Assembly: GCA_003563895.1 (NCBI GenBank)
Contig: PWTK01000112.1
Span: 158-64,157, forward strand
Direction: 5' to 3'
DNA length: 64,000 nt
From: Syntrophomonadaceae bacterium
GTDB taxonomy: Bacteria > Bacillota > Dethiobacteria > DTU022 > UBA8154
This document shows, piece after piece, positions 53,190-62,566 of this stretch. Each line of letters opens with the position of its first letter. Positions within the stretch are counted from its first letter, which is position 1. The position numbers and the translations under genes are program-made. Under the pieces are notes generated by a model. That model was given only the letters and a program-made list of their open reading frames with translations. It was not told the DNA's origin and did no database searches.

Positions 53190-53313
53190 GTGCGCACTTT
53201 AAGGAAGATGGCATCAAAAATTCCCGGCGTTCGATTCAGCTCAACCTCGCCAGGCTTCTCCAAGCCGTTTCTCCCTTCCGGGCGAAGCGGGCAAATTATT
53301 TCCCGGGAAATAA

Positions 53314-54588
53314 TCACTCCGTCTCGGCAAGGCGTTCCAGGTTTACCCCCAGCTTCCGAAAGCGGCTTTCAATACTTTCATATCCCCGATCGATATGTTC
53401 GAGCCCGCGCAAATAGGTCTCCCCCTGTGAAATCAATCCGGCGATGACGAAGGCCGCCCCTCCTCGCAGGTCCATGGCACTGATGGGCGCGCCTGTCAGT
53501 TGTGACCCGCCTTCAATGATGGCCGTCCTGCCCTCCAGCTTGATTTGAGCGCCCATTTTTTTCAGCTCTTCCACGTGCCGGAAGCGCCTCTCGAACACAT
53601 TTTCAGAGACGATACTCGTCCCCGGGGCCCGTGTTAAGAGCACCATCATGGGGGGCTGCAGATCGGTGGGAAAGCCGGGGTAGGGAAAGGTCTTGATATC
53701 GGTGGGCGCCAGCCCGTTGGGAGCCTTGATGCGGACCCAGTCCGGTCCCACTTCCACGCCTGCACCCACCTCTTTCAGCTTGGCGATCACCGGGTCCAGG
53801 TGCTTCGGGATAACCCCTTCCACCAGCGCGTCCCCGTAGGTGGCCGCGGCGGCGATCATGAAGGTGCCCGCTTCGATGCGGTCGGGGATTACGCAGTGCT
53901 CGACGCTGCGCAGCTCTTTCGCGCCTTCGATCTTGATCACGTCCGTGCCCGCCCCCCTGACCTGGGCGCCCATGGCGTTCAAAAAATTGGCGACATCCAC
54001 GATTTCCGGCTCCTTGGCTGCATTTTCGATTACGGTCTTGCCCTCCGCGCGCGAAGCAGCCAGCATGATATTGATGGTGGCCCCCACACTTACCACATCC
54101 AGGTATATGTAAGCGCCCTGCAGTTTCTTCGCTTTGATCTTTACAATGCCGTGCTCCAGCTCCACGGTGGCCCCCAGCGCAGTAAACCCCTTTATATGCT
54201 GGTCGATGGGGCGCGGGCCAAGGTCGCAGCCCCCCGGCATCGGAATTTCCACTTGCAAAAACCGGCCCAGCAGGCTCCCCATCAGGTAGTAGGAAGCTCT
54301 GAGCTTATTGATCATCATGCCCGGCGGAGTGTGGCTGTTGACGTTCGTGGGGTCGATCAGCAGGTTTCTCTCGTTCGCTTCATCTTCAATGACATCTGCT
54401 CCGAGGGCTTTGAGGATTTCGATAAGCTTGTTGATATCCGTGATTCGCGGCAGGTTCGTAATTTTGACCGGATTGTTTTCAGCCAGAACGGATGCCGGCA
54501 GAATGGCAACGGCGGCGTTCTTGGCCCCGCTCACATTGATGCGACCGGAAATCCGCTGCTGTCCATTGATAACCAGTAGTTCGGACAA
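53314..54588 (-). CDS. murA: UDP-N-acetylglucosamine 1-carboxyvinyltransferase
   Basis: 424 aa, active-site loop PGGCDLGPRPID. Confidence 0.97.
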   Translation of the reverse strand: MSELLVINGQQRISGRINVSGAKNAAVAILPASVLAENNPVKITNLPRITDINKLIEILKALGADVIEDEANERNLLIDPTNVNSHTPPGMMINKLRASYYLMGSLLGRFLQVEIPMPGGCDLGPRPIDQHIKGFTALGATVELEHGIVKIKAKKLQGAYIYLDVVSVGATINIMLAASRAEGKTVIENAAKEPEIVDVANFLNAMGAQVRGAGTDVIKIEGAKELRSVEHCVIPDRIEAGTFMIAAAATYGDALVEGVIPKHLDPVIAKLKEVGAGVEVGPDWVRIKAPNGLAPTDIKTFPYPGFPTDLQPPMMVLLTRAPGTSIVSENVFERRFRHVEELKKMGAQIKLEGRTAIIEGGSQLTGAPISAMDLRGGAAFVIAGLISQGETYLRGLEHIDRGYESIESRFRKLGVNLERLAETE

Positions 54589-54632
54589 TCAAGAAGGGCC
54601 TCCTTTCCTCTGCTGGGTGTTCTGTTGGGCGT

Positions 54633-55544
54633 TCATCTTTCCAGGTGCCCGGTAAAAGCATTGATATAGAATACTTCGCCATTATCCAGGCGAATCCTCC
54701 ATACGGGGGGAATTTCCCAGCGCTGGGCATCGTACTCAGGGCTGTAATACCCCAGAGACATCTCTTTCACCGCTGTCGGGGTCGGCGCTTCCCCGTAGCC
54801 CTCTAGAAAACGCAGTAAAGCCGCCAGGGGGGAGATCACCTCCCTTTCACCTTCGGCCAACTCCAGCGGCGCGAGGGGGAAAAAACGCGCCGTCCACTCG
54901 TGCTGCCCCACCTTTGCCCGCAAGTAACCCGCAAAAAGGGGAACCTCTTCGTGTTCCTGGTGGTAATGCAGCACCAGCTCCTCTTCCCCTTCCTGCTTGT
55001 AATCAAAAACAAAGCGCTCCAGGAGAACCGCCTCTTCGATAAACTTTTCTACGGCCGCTTCCGTCTCTTCCAAAGCCGCAGCAACCTCGGCATCGGGATC
55101 CGCCCGCTTTTTTATCTTGATAATCCCTTCCTGCTCAAAGGCGATCTCCAGGCCGTTCAACTCGAAAACCTCTCCGCCGTTTTCAGTGTTTCCTGCAGCG
55201 AATGCTTCCCATTCGGTTAATCCTTCGCCTTCAGGGAGGCCGGCTGTGAGAATTTCTACGATCTCTTCCGGCCCATAATGCTGCGGTTCCACCACCAGGT
55301 GGGCCATTCTTACCCTTCCCTGGGGAAGCGGGTCATTCAAAACCAGGTTTGCTTCGGACAGCGCTTCTTCCAGACGAGAAGCATCCCCTTCTCCCAGGAA
55401 AGGCGGCAGGTGTCCCCCCTCTTCCTGCCACAGCTGGTGAAACAAAAACACGTTCAGAATTAAGAAGGCACAGATCAGCACCGTTTTTGCCCTGGAAATA
55501 TCCACCAGTCCCTCACCTGCCTCCCCGCTGCCGTATCCCGGCAA
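54633..55544 (-). CDS. yycI: YycI-like WalK regulatory protein
   Basis: 303 aa. N-terminal DISRAKTVLICAFLILNVFLF TM anchor typical of YycI. Position after yycH. Confidence 0.7.
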   Translation of the reverse strand: MPGYGSGEAGEGLVDISRAKTVLICAFLILNVFLFHQLWQEEGGHLPPFLGEGDASRLEEALSEANLVLNDPLPQGRVRMAHLVVEPQHYGPEEIVEILTAGLPEGEGLTEWEAFAAGNTENGGEVFELNGLEIAFEQEGIIKIKKRADPDAEVAAALEETEAAVEKFIEEAVLLERFVFDYKQEGEEELVLHYHQEHEEVPLFAGYLRAKVGQHEWTARFFPLAPLELAEGEREVISPLAALLRFLEGYGEAPTPTAVKEMSLGYYSPEYDAQRWEIPPVWRIRLDNGEVFYINAFTGHLER

Positions 55545-55586
55545 AAGACTTGATCCGACCTTTCTATCCTAACCGGACTGCGCCCC

Positions 55587-57128
55587 TCAATCCCGGGCAC
55601 CGCTCAAAACTTCCAGCGTCGACCAGTGCAGGTAAATCGTCTCCATTCCTTCAAACGCTATCTTCCACGCCGGCACCGCCTGTTCAGTGCGCCGCGCCTG
55701 ATCCAGCAGGTAAACGGGGCGAAGGGCGTGCAGGACGAGTTCGTTTCCCTCCAGCTTATCCCCATGCTCAAGAACGGCACGGCAGAGGGCTTCTTTGTGG
55801 GAGCGAAAGAGCTGGCGGTCAGAGGTCTCCTCACCGATCTCGTAGAAGTATCGCCGGTAATAGGTGATCCCCTGCTCAGTCAGGATCATTTCATCGATAC
55901 CTCCCTCCCCTTCAAAGGGGAGTCCCCGGTAAAACAGGCGCCATTCCAAGCTGTAAGATCTCCCCCGCCGTTCCGCTTTTACCAGGTACAGCTCCTCCTG
56001 CCATCCGCCGTAAAGGCCCAGGCTTTCGATCGCCTGCTGCAGTGCGGCGCTGTATGAAATCTGTTCCCCCCCATGCTCCAAGCGCGGGGCGGCATACTCC
56101 ATGAGCCCGTGGGGATAAACCCGCAGGCCCCTCTCGCCGTCGGTGAAGTACCGTGCCCCATCGCGCTCTTCAATTTGGCGAGCCATGGACATATCGTAAA
56201 AGAACGCCCTCACCAGTTGTTCCTTGTCGATGCTTCCCGCATTCACGCCCACCGGTGCGGCCCAGAGATCTCCTGCCGGGGCGTATAGCTCACCGGGCAC
56301 CGCGATCTCCAACACCCGCGGTTGCTCGGTTCCACCCTCCCCTTCACCGTCCAGATCGCCGACCGGCCCTTCCGTTTCCTCTTCCTCTTCTGCCGCAGCC
56401 CCTCCTTCACCTTCATTCTCCGCCTCGGGAATGTCCTGCCCTTCAACGGGATCGTTTTCGTAAAACTCGCAGGATTCGCCATGCAGGGCCAGGTAAAAGG
56501 TGTCGGATAAAATGTGTTGAGGAGCGCCATCCTGTACCTCCAGCATTTCCAGTAAGTCATCCTCTTTTTCAGGCGGCACCGGCACCCAAAAAATTTCCTC
56601 CCCTTCAAAGCTCAGGTAATACTGCCCTTCTTCCTGGAACAAAATGGCTACATCGATGGATACGTCCTCCAGGCCGCCCTGCATGGAAAAGAAATCGGCC
56701 GGCACCGGGGGATCGAAAATAAGGCGCAGCACTTCCTGGAACTCTCCCGGGGGACGTTCTCCCAGTGGAACGGGGTCCAGCTCCTGCAGGCCTTCGCTTT
56801 CGAGAAAGCTCCTTTGGATTTCCTTGATGCCCTCCCACAGTTCGAGCATTCCCTCATCGCCCCGGCGCACCAGAAGGGGCTCCTCTTCATGGTAAAAGAG
56901 TGCATGGGAGGGCTGCAGAATCTCTTCATAAGCCGGAGGCGGGGTGAAGTACATGCGTTCATAGCGGGGTATCGCTCCTTCTTCCAGGGGCGGCTTGCCG
57001 AACCAAAGCCGGTAGGTGAGGAAAATGCTCAGCCCGATCAGCGAGATGAGGAGGATAGATTTTAGTATTTCCCTGGACATATATCGATCCCTCTTGATTT
57101 TTTTTGGAGACAGCCCCGCTCCGCTCAC
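55587..57128 (-). CDS. yycH: YycH-like WalK regulatory protein (with acidic insertion)
   Basis: 513 aa. REILKSILLISLIGLSIFLTYRLW anchor typical of YycH. 4-nt overlap with walK. Confidence 0.7.
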   Translation of the reverse strand: MSGAGLSPKKIKRDRYMSREILKSILLISLIGLSIFLTYRLWFGKPPLEEGAIPRYERMYFTPPPAYEEILQPSHALFYHEEEPLLVRRGDEGMLELWEGIKEIQRSFLESEGLQELDPVPLGERPPGEFQEVLRLIFDPPVPADFFSMQGGLEDVSIDVAILFQEEGQYYLSFEGEEIFWVPVPPEKEDDLLEMLEVQDGAPQHILSDTFYLALHGESCEFYENDPVEGQDIPEAENEGEGGAAAEEEEETEGPVGDLDGEGEGGTEQPRVLEIAVPGELYAPAGDLWAAPVGVNAGSIDKEQLVRAFFYDMSMARQIEERDGARYFTDGERGLRVYPHGLMEYAAPRLEHGGEQISYSAALQQAIESLGLYGGWQEELYLVKAERRGRSYSLEWRLFYRGLPFEGEGGIDEMILTEQGITYYRRYFYEIGEETSDRQLFRSHKEALCRAVLEHGDKLEGNELVLHALRPVYLLDQARRTEQAVPAWKIAFEGMETIYLHWSTLEVLSGARD

Positions 57129-58945
57129 CCTTCTGCCCTCTCCTGGCCCGTTTCAAAATGGCCTGTACGGGGCAGGCAGAAGGTGACGGACGTTCCCCTT
57201 TCCGGTTCGGGCTCCATCCCGATGGTCCCGCCGTGCGCCTCGATAATTTGCCTGGCAATGGGAAGCCCCAATCCACTGCCGCCCGATTCCCTGGAGCGCG
57301 TTTTGTCGACCCGGTAAAAGCGCTCAAACACCCGGTCGATCTCTTCCTCCGGAATGCCCACCCCCGTATCGCTAATGCTCACGCAGACCCGATCCTTTTC
57401 CGGCACCACCCGCACCTCAATTTGTCCCCCGTCGGGGGTAAACTTGAGGGCATTTTCCAGCAGGTTCAGCATCACCTGGCGAATGCCGTCCCGGTCGAGC
57501 AAGAGGTGGCAGTCGGCGTCTTTGGGATATACGGCCTCGAGCTCGATTTGCCGCGCTGCCGCTTCCAGCTCCACCTGTTCCATGCTCTCCCGGACCACCA
57601 GCATCATGTCCACCTCTTCTTTGCTCCAGCGGGTTTCCTGGTAGTCCATCTGGGAGAGGAGCAGCAGGTCGCGGACCATCTTCACCATACGGTCTGTCTC
57701 CTTTTCGAGCACCCGCAGGAAGCGGCCCCTTACGTCCGGGTCCTGCTGGGCACCGCCCAGAAGCGTCTCCACGTAATTTTTGAGCGTGGTCAGGGGGGTC
57801 TTCAGCTCGTGGGAGACGTTGGCCACGAACTCCTGCTGCATGCGGACATAAATTCTCTCGCTGGTAACATCGTGGATGACCACCAGCAGGCCCTGTTCTT
57901 CCCCGCTTTCCTTGAAAGGGGCAAAGTGCAGCTGAAAAACCCTTTCAGGGGAGGTGTCAAAATGGACTTCCTTCGTGTAGGGAGTGGAGCGACGCAGAAT
58001 CTCTTCCAGTTCATCGGGCTCGATAAAAACGCTCAGCACGCTCTTACCGGAAACCCCGAAATCTGCCGGGCTGCCGGCCCACTGCATGATTTTCCGGGCT
58101 GCCGGGTTGACGTGGATGATTTCCTGCCGTTTGTTCAGGGCCAGGATGCCGTCGGTCATGTAATTCAGTATCGCTTCCACCTTGGTTTTCTCCGCCGAGA
58201 TCTCTTCCAGGGTATCGTGCAGCCTCGCCGCCAGGTAGTTGAACATCTCCCCCAGGTCCCCGATCTCATCATCGGACTTCACTTCAATGGCCTGGGAAAA
58301 ACCCCCCCCGGCCATGGCCGCCGCTCGCGAGGTCACCTCTTTAATGGGCGCGGTAATGGTACGGGTGATCAAAAACCCGATCACGATGGCGATCCCCAAA
58401 ACAATCCCCCAGCCGGTGATCAGGATAAACTTGATCTCTTCCAGCGTATGGTAAATGTGCTCCAGGGAGCCCCGCAGGAAAACCACGCCCACCACGCTGG
58501 AGGCGTTTTTGACCGGATACGCCAGGTAATAACTCCTCATCCCGGTTTCGGGGTCAACGCGAATGTTTTCCACCTGGCTTCCGGCCAGGGCCATCAGGAT
58601 ATCATCCTGGACCACCCGGCCTCCCTCCACGAAGTGAGGGCCTCTTTCCGGTCCGGCCAGCAGCCTGCCATGGCGGTCCAGCACCAGCGTCTCCGTTTCA
58701 GACATCCCGCTGCTGAATTCCGCGATGAGAGAAGCGATATGCTCGCCCTGCTGCTGCTCTTCCTCCACCAAGTAGCGGCGAAGGAAGTTGCCCATAAGCT
58801 CAGCCTGCGCCTCCTGGCTGTCGGCAAAGTTTCGCAGGTAATAATTCTCCAGGGAATTCACCAAGTATACCCCGCTCAGCTGCATGGCAAAGAGAATGAG
58901 CAGGGAATATAAAAGAACCACTTTGCCCTGCATGCGCAAGCGCAT
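57125..58945 (-). CDS. walK: WalK-type sensor histidine kinase
   Basis: Two TM, HAMP, PAS, H-box FVANVSHELKTPLT and HATPase domain. The ATG at 58945 lies 9 nt after AAGGAGGA; the ORF track starts at 58993. Confidence 0.9.
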   Translation of the reverse strand: MRLRMQGKVVLLYSLLILFAMQLSGVYLVNSLENYYLRNFADSQEAQAELMGNFLRRYLVEEEQQQGEHIASLIAEFSSGMSETETLVLDRHGRLLAGPERGPHFVEGGRVVQDDILMALAGSQVENIRVDPETGMRSYYLAYPVKNASSVVGVVFLRGSLEHIYHTLEEIKFILITGWGIVLGIAIVIGFLITRTITAPIKEVTSRAAAMAGGGFSQAIEVKSDDEIGDLGEMFNYLAARLHDTLEEISAEKTKVEAILNYMTDGILALNKRQEIIHVNPAARKIMQWAGSPADFGVSGKSVLSVFIEPDELEEILRRSTPYTKEVHFDTSPERVFQLHFAPFKESGEEQGLLVVIHDVTSERIYVRMQQEFVANVSHELKTPLTTLKNYVETLLGGAQQDPDVRGRFLRVLEKETDRMVKMVRDLLLLSQMDYQETRWSKEEVDMMLVVRESMEQVELEAAARQIELEAVYPKDADCHLLLDRDGIRQVMLNLLENALKFTPDGGQIEVRVVPEKDRVCVSISDTGVGIPEEEIDRVFERFYRVDKTRSRESGGSGLGLPIARQIIEAHGGTIGMEPEPERGTSVTFCLPRTGHFETGQERAEG

Positions 58946-58947
58946 GA

Positions 58948-59637
58948 TCACGAAATCCTCCTTACGTAATAGCCGGCTCCGCGCTTGGTGCACAAATAGT
59001 GCGGCGAGCCGGGATCGTCCTCAATTTTTTCCCTCAGCCGCCTCACCGTCACGTCAACCGTTCTGTGGTCCCCAAAATAATCGTAGCCCCAAACCTCTTC
59101 CAGCAGCTTTTCCCTGCTGAACACGTATCCCATGTTCTTCATCAAAAAGGCCAGCAGGTTGAATTCCCGCGAAGTCAGATCAATGGGGCTGCCGTTTTTA
59201 AAAAGTTCCATCCGCCCCATGTCCAGAACCAGCTCGCCGCAGGTGAGGCTCTGGGGAGGTTTTTTCTGCATTTGAGACCGGCGAAGGGTGGCGCGAACCC
59301 TCGCCAGAAGCTCCCGGATGCTGAACGGTTTGGTAACGTAATCGTCTGCGCCCAACTCCAGCCCCAGCACTTTATCGATTTCCGCCTCCTTGGCCGTGAG
59401 CATAATAATTGGCACGTCCAGCTTCTGTCGAATTTCCCTGCACACCTGAAAGCCGTCCACCCGCGGCAGCATAATATCGAGCACGATCAGATCAGGCTGG
59501 TCCTCGAAGGCCAGCCGGAGCGCCTCTGCACCGTCATAGGCAACCCGCACCTGGAACCCTTCCTCTTCCAGGTTGTATTTTAAAATATCCGCGATGGGTT
59601 TCTCGTCGTCGATGACGAGGATCTTTCCCCTGTCCAT
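58948..59637 (-). CDS. walR: WalR-type OmpR-family response regulator
   Basis: 229 aa. Receiver domain ([16 protein letters not shown]) and winged-helix output domain ([14 protein letters not shown]). Confidence 0.93.
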   Translation of the reverse strand: MDRGKILVIDDEKPIADILKYNLEEEGFQVRVAYDGAEALRLAFEDQPDLIVLDIMLPRVDGFQVCREIRQKLDVPIIMLTAKEAEIDKVLGLELGADDYVTKPFSIRELLARVRATLRRSQMQKKPPQSLTCGELVLDMGRMELFKNGSPIDLTSREFNLLAFLMKNMGYVFSREKLLEEVWGYDYFGDHRTVDVTVRRLREKIEDDPGSPHYLCTKRGAGYYVRRIS

Positions 59638-59739
59638 TCGTTCCTTTTCGCTGCCTCCGCATCAGGAAGATTATAAAACTATATTCGTTTACATAACTTC
59701 ATTTCCCTGCCATGTTATGAATTTGTAGGGGCAGAACGC

Positions 59740-59766
59740 AAAAAAAAGTGGCCTCTAGGGGCCACT
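59740..59766 (-). terminator. Rho-independent terminator upstream of the walR promoter
   Basis: Minus strand reads AGUGGCC-CCUAGA-GGCCACU followed by U8. Confidence 0.85.
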
Positions 59767-60075
59767 TAAGAAGATATATTTTAAGAGGGGGTCAACTCTT
59801 GACAAAATCATAGCAGAGCCATGTTACAGCAATATTACAAAACAATCATTTTCCGGTTACAAATTAATTTTTTTCCCGAATTTTTACCCTCTGCTCGCCC
59901 TGTTTTGCAAATTAATCGGAGAGGAAGCGCTGCAGCGGGGTTCGCGCGGTGCCGGAGAGAGGAAACACGCCCGATCTTCCCGGGGGAGACCCAGATATCC
60001 GTTTAACCCTACAGCGAAAATTGCCGCCAGCGGGGGCACAAAGACGGTTCGAGTGTCACTGGAGCGAAGCGGGAC

Positions 60076-60270
60076 CAAGAAAATTCGCTTCGCTCATGAC
60101 ATAACGAAAACAACTTTTTCCTGCCACCACCAAAATTACCATTTTAAAGGTTTTATAAATTCCTATGCATCAGGAAAATTCGCTTCGTTCATGACTAAAA
60201 GAGCTTTTCCCTGCCTTCCCAGCATTACCAATTGTTGGGAGTTTTATAAGTTCCTATACGTCAAGAAAAA
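60076..60270 (+). repeat. Two tandem family-B units plus the first 9 nt of a third
   Basis: Units at 60076-60170 and 60171-60261 each start with CARGAAAATTCGCTTCG and end with CCTATRCRT. CAAGAAAAA follows the second unit. Confidence 0.85.
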
Positions 60271-60355
60271 GTTGATACGATCAGCAATGCTTTTAAAAAG
60301 GGTAAGACAAATAATAACATTGGCTTGCTGAAAAAGTATCGCACCGGCGGGCCGC

Positions 60356-60940
60356 TCAGGGAGCTCCCTGGATCATGCTCCTGCCCAGTGCACGCGCCTC
60401 CTGCAGCAGCTCCTCCCGCCGCCTGATTTCTCCAGCTTTTTCCAAGCCGCGGGCCAGGATTTCACCGGCAAAGTCCACGTTAAGCGCATCGAAGTAATAG
60501 CGTATGGTAAGCCTGGCACACTCGAAAAGGCGTGGGCCGCGCGTGGCCCCGACGGCCAGCAGGTATCCCCGGCCCTTCTCCGGGCCCGGCGGGGCTTCCA
60601 GGTAATACTTGCGCGCCCACATCGCCTGGGAACGATCGATCACCGCTTTGGCAACCCCGGAAATCGCGTAGAAATAAATGGGCGTGGCCAGCAGGATGTG
60701 CCCGGCCTTTTCCAGCAGGGGGTAAAGCTGCTGCATGTCGTCATTAATGACACAGCGGCCCTCATCGCTGCAGCCATCACAGGCCTGGCAGCTGCGAACC
60801 TTCAGGTTGTTGAGGACAATCATTTGGGTTTCCCCCCCGGCTTCCCTGGCGCCTTCCAACACTTCTTCCAGCAGAATGGTTGAGTTGGCCTCTTTCCGCG
60901 GGCTTCCGGCCAACCCCAAAACAAATCTTGCCTGACGCAT
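60356..60940 (-). CDS. Iron-sulfur flavoprotein / NADPH-dependent FMN reductase family
   Basis: 194 aa. GSPRKEANS flavodoxin-like start and Cys cluster C-x2-C-x2-C-x5-C (CQACDGCSDEGRC). Confidence 0.8.
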   Translation of the reverse strand: MRQARFVLGLAGSPRKEANSTILLEEVLEGAREAGGETQMIVLNNLKVRSCQACDGCSDEGRCVINDDMQQLYPLLEKAGHILLATPIYFYAISGVAKAVIDRSQAMWARKYYLEAPPGPEKGRGYLLAVGATRGPRLFECARLTIRYYFDALNVDFAGEILARGLEKAGEIRRREELLQEARALGRSMIQGAP

Positions 60941-60967
60941 TTTCTTTTCCCTCCTTTTTGAGAATCG

Positions 60968-61006
60968 AAAGCCGCTTCCCCCTACCGGGAAAGCGGCTTT
61001 TTTGTT
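60968..61006. terminator. Hairpin terminator between the M23 peptidase and flavoprotein genes
   Basis: AAGCCGCTT (60969-60977) pairs with AAGCGGCTT (60991-60999). T6 follows on the plus side and TTTCGATTCTC on the minus side. Confidence 0.6.
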
Positions 61007-61057
61007 TGCGTACTTTTCCGACGGCTGGCATGGAGATTGTTTGCCTGACCTGAAAGG

Positions 61058-62449
61058 TTAAAAGAAATTAATCGGGTTAAGGGCCGTGCCGCTGCTCCCT
61101 CCCCGGCGGACCTCAAAGTGCAGGTGCGCGCCGGTGCTGTTGCCGGTGGAGCCGATCCGGCCGATCAGCTGCCCCCTTTCCACCGTTTCTCCCACGCGGA
61201 CCAGGTTGCTGGAGTTGTGCGCGTAGCGCGTATAGTAGTTTCCGTGCCGGATGACGAGGGTGAGGCCGTAGCCGCCGTCCCACCCGGAAAAAACCACCAC
61301 TCCGCTGTCGGCCGCCAGGATCCCGGTCCCCGTAGGAGCGGCGATGTCGATCCCGGCGTGAAAACGACCGTTGCGCATTCCAAAGCCGGACGTAAGCCGG
61401 CCCCCTCCCTGAACGGGCCAGGTATATGTGCCGCTTCCCCTGGTGGGGATTTTGGCGGTTCCCTTAACCACCACCCTGGGGCTGGGCTCTTCGAGCACGG
61501 TTTCATCAATTTTTTTGCGTTCAATTTCTTCACCGTTTTCGCGGGTGATCCGGTAGGTCACTTCCTTCAACCCATTGCTGCCTTCCGCCCCCACCCGGCT
61601 CCTTTGATACCACATGCTGCTGTCGTATGTATACTCGGTGCCGTAGGGTACCTCTTCCTCCACCTTCGCCCGCTCGACGGTGATCACGTTCACCAGGGGC
61701 TCCGCTGTGATATTGAGGCTCAGCTCCTCCCCTTCCCTGATTAGATCCCCGACCAGTTGAGGGTTGGCTTCCTGCAGTTCCTCCACGGACAGGTCGTACG
61801 CCCGGGCGATCTCCCACAGGGAGTCTCCCCGGGAGGCCAGGTGGGTTTCCCGCGAGGTCGCTTCCTGCAGCAGGAGGTTCGCCACCAGCTCGGCGGAACG
61901 GATCTCCTCCGGGTAACAGTAATGAGGCTTTGCCCTCACCTGCTCCTTCAGCCTGATGCTTTCCAGGGAAACCCTTTCCTGTTCCTCTGGAACGAAAGCA
62001 TCGCCCAGCAATTTCAACACTTCGGCCGCTTCTTTATCGGAGTCGAGGGGATAAATCTCCTGGCCATTAACGAGAAGCATGCGCGCCTCCACTTTGTAGC
62101 TCACCAAGCGCTGCAGTTGGGCATACACCTCGTCCCGCTGGTCCTCTTCCATTGGCCGGAAAACTTTTTCCACTTCTATCTCGGCCTCGAGCATCACGGG
62201 TTTCTCGTGGTGTTTTCTGGCCTCTTTTTCCAGCTCACCGAGAACCTCCTCCAGCGCTTCCCTCTCGGATAAGAGGCCCACTTCAACTCCTCCAGCATAA
62301 ACCGCATAAAAATAACCTGTCAGGTGCAGGTAAAGGCTCAATGCACCCCAGAGGGGGACGGCGCTCAGCACCAGGAACAGGAGACAGGCGAACCGCCTTT
62401 CCCTCCGCAGGCTTTGATATATATTTTTCAGCGAGCGCAGCAAAACCAC
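61058..62449 (-). CDS. Secreted LysM / G5 / M23-family peptidoglycan endopeptidase
   Basis: 463 aa. N-terminal TM, LysM (GDSLWEIARAYDLSVEELQEANP), a G5-like segment, and M23 motifs HAGIDIAAP and GAHLHFEV. The start is uncertain by a few codons. Confidence 0.88.
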   Translation of the reverse strand: MVLLRSLKNIYQSLRRERRFACLLFLVLSAVPLWGALSLYLHLTGYFYAVYAGGVEVGLLSEREALEEVLGELEKEARKHHEKPVMLEAEIEVEKVFRPMEEDQRDEVYAQLQRLVSYKVEARMLLVNGQEIYPLDSDKEAAEVLKLLGDAFVPEEQERVSLESIRLKEQVRAKPHYCYPEEIRSAELVANLLLQEATSRETHLASRGDSLWEIARAYDLSVEELQEANPQLVGDLIREGEELSLNITAEPLVNVITVERAKVEEEVPYGTEYTYDSSMWYQRSRVGAEGSNGLKEVTYRITRENGEEIERKKIDETVLEEPSPRVVVKGTAKIPTRGSGTYTWPVQGGGRLTSGFGMRNGRFHAGIDIAAPTGTGILAADSGVVVFSGWDGGYGLTLVIRHGNYYTRYAHNSSNLVRVGETVERGQLIGRIGSTGNSTGAHLHFEVRRGGSSGTALNPINFF

Positions 62450-62469
62450 CTCCAGAAAATATTGAGACT

Positions 62470-62496
62470 TGTTAAAAAGTGTTAAGATGTTTTAAC
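62470..62496 (+). promoter_or_regulatory. WalR-box-like direct repeats (TGTTAA-N4-TGTTAA, then TGTTTT) upstream of the M23 peptidase gene
   Basis: TGTTAA at 62470-62475 and 62480-62485, 20-45 nt upstream of the start codon. Confidence 0.4.
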
Positions 62497-62566
62497 AGTA
62501 ATTTTAGTAATTCACTCTGGAAGGCGATTTCCCTGCCGGAGAAAAAAATATTTTATTTTGGTTTTT

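Noticed and set aside
52224-53317. 183-aa and 189-aa minus-strand ORFs filling the murA-htrA gap.
   Set aside because: They have no RBS and odd composition (Cys/Arg/Phe-rich). They overlap each other and the terminator hairpin, and no recognisable motifs are present.
59880-60070. GC-rich segment resembling a riboswitch aptamer (GGUGCCGGAGAGAGGAAAC..., reminiscent of cobalamin or TPP elements).
   Set aside because: The key conserved boxes are absent on either strand: the B12 box GCCACUG, and CUGAGA...ACCUGAUCUGGAUAAUGCCAGCG for TPP. No downstream gene lies in the right orientation either.
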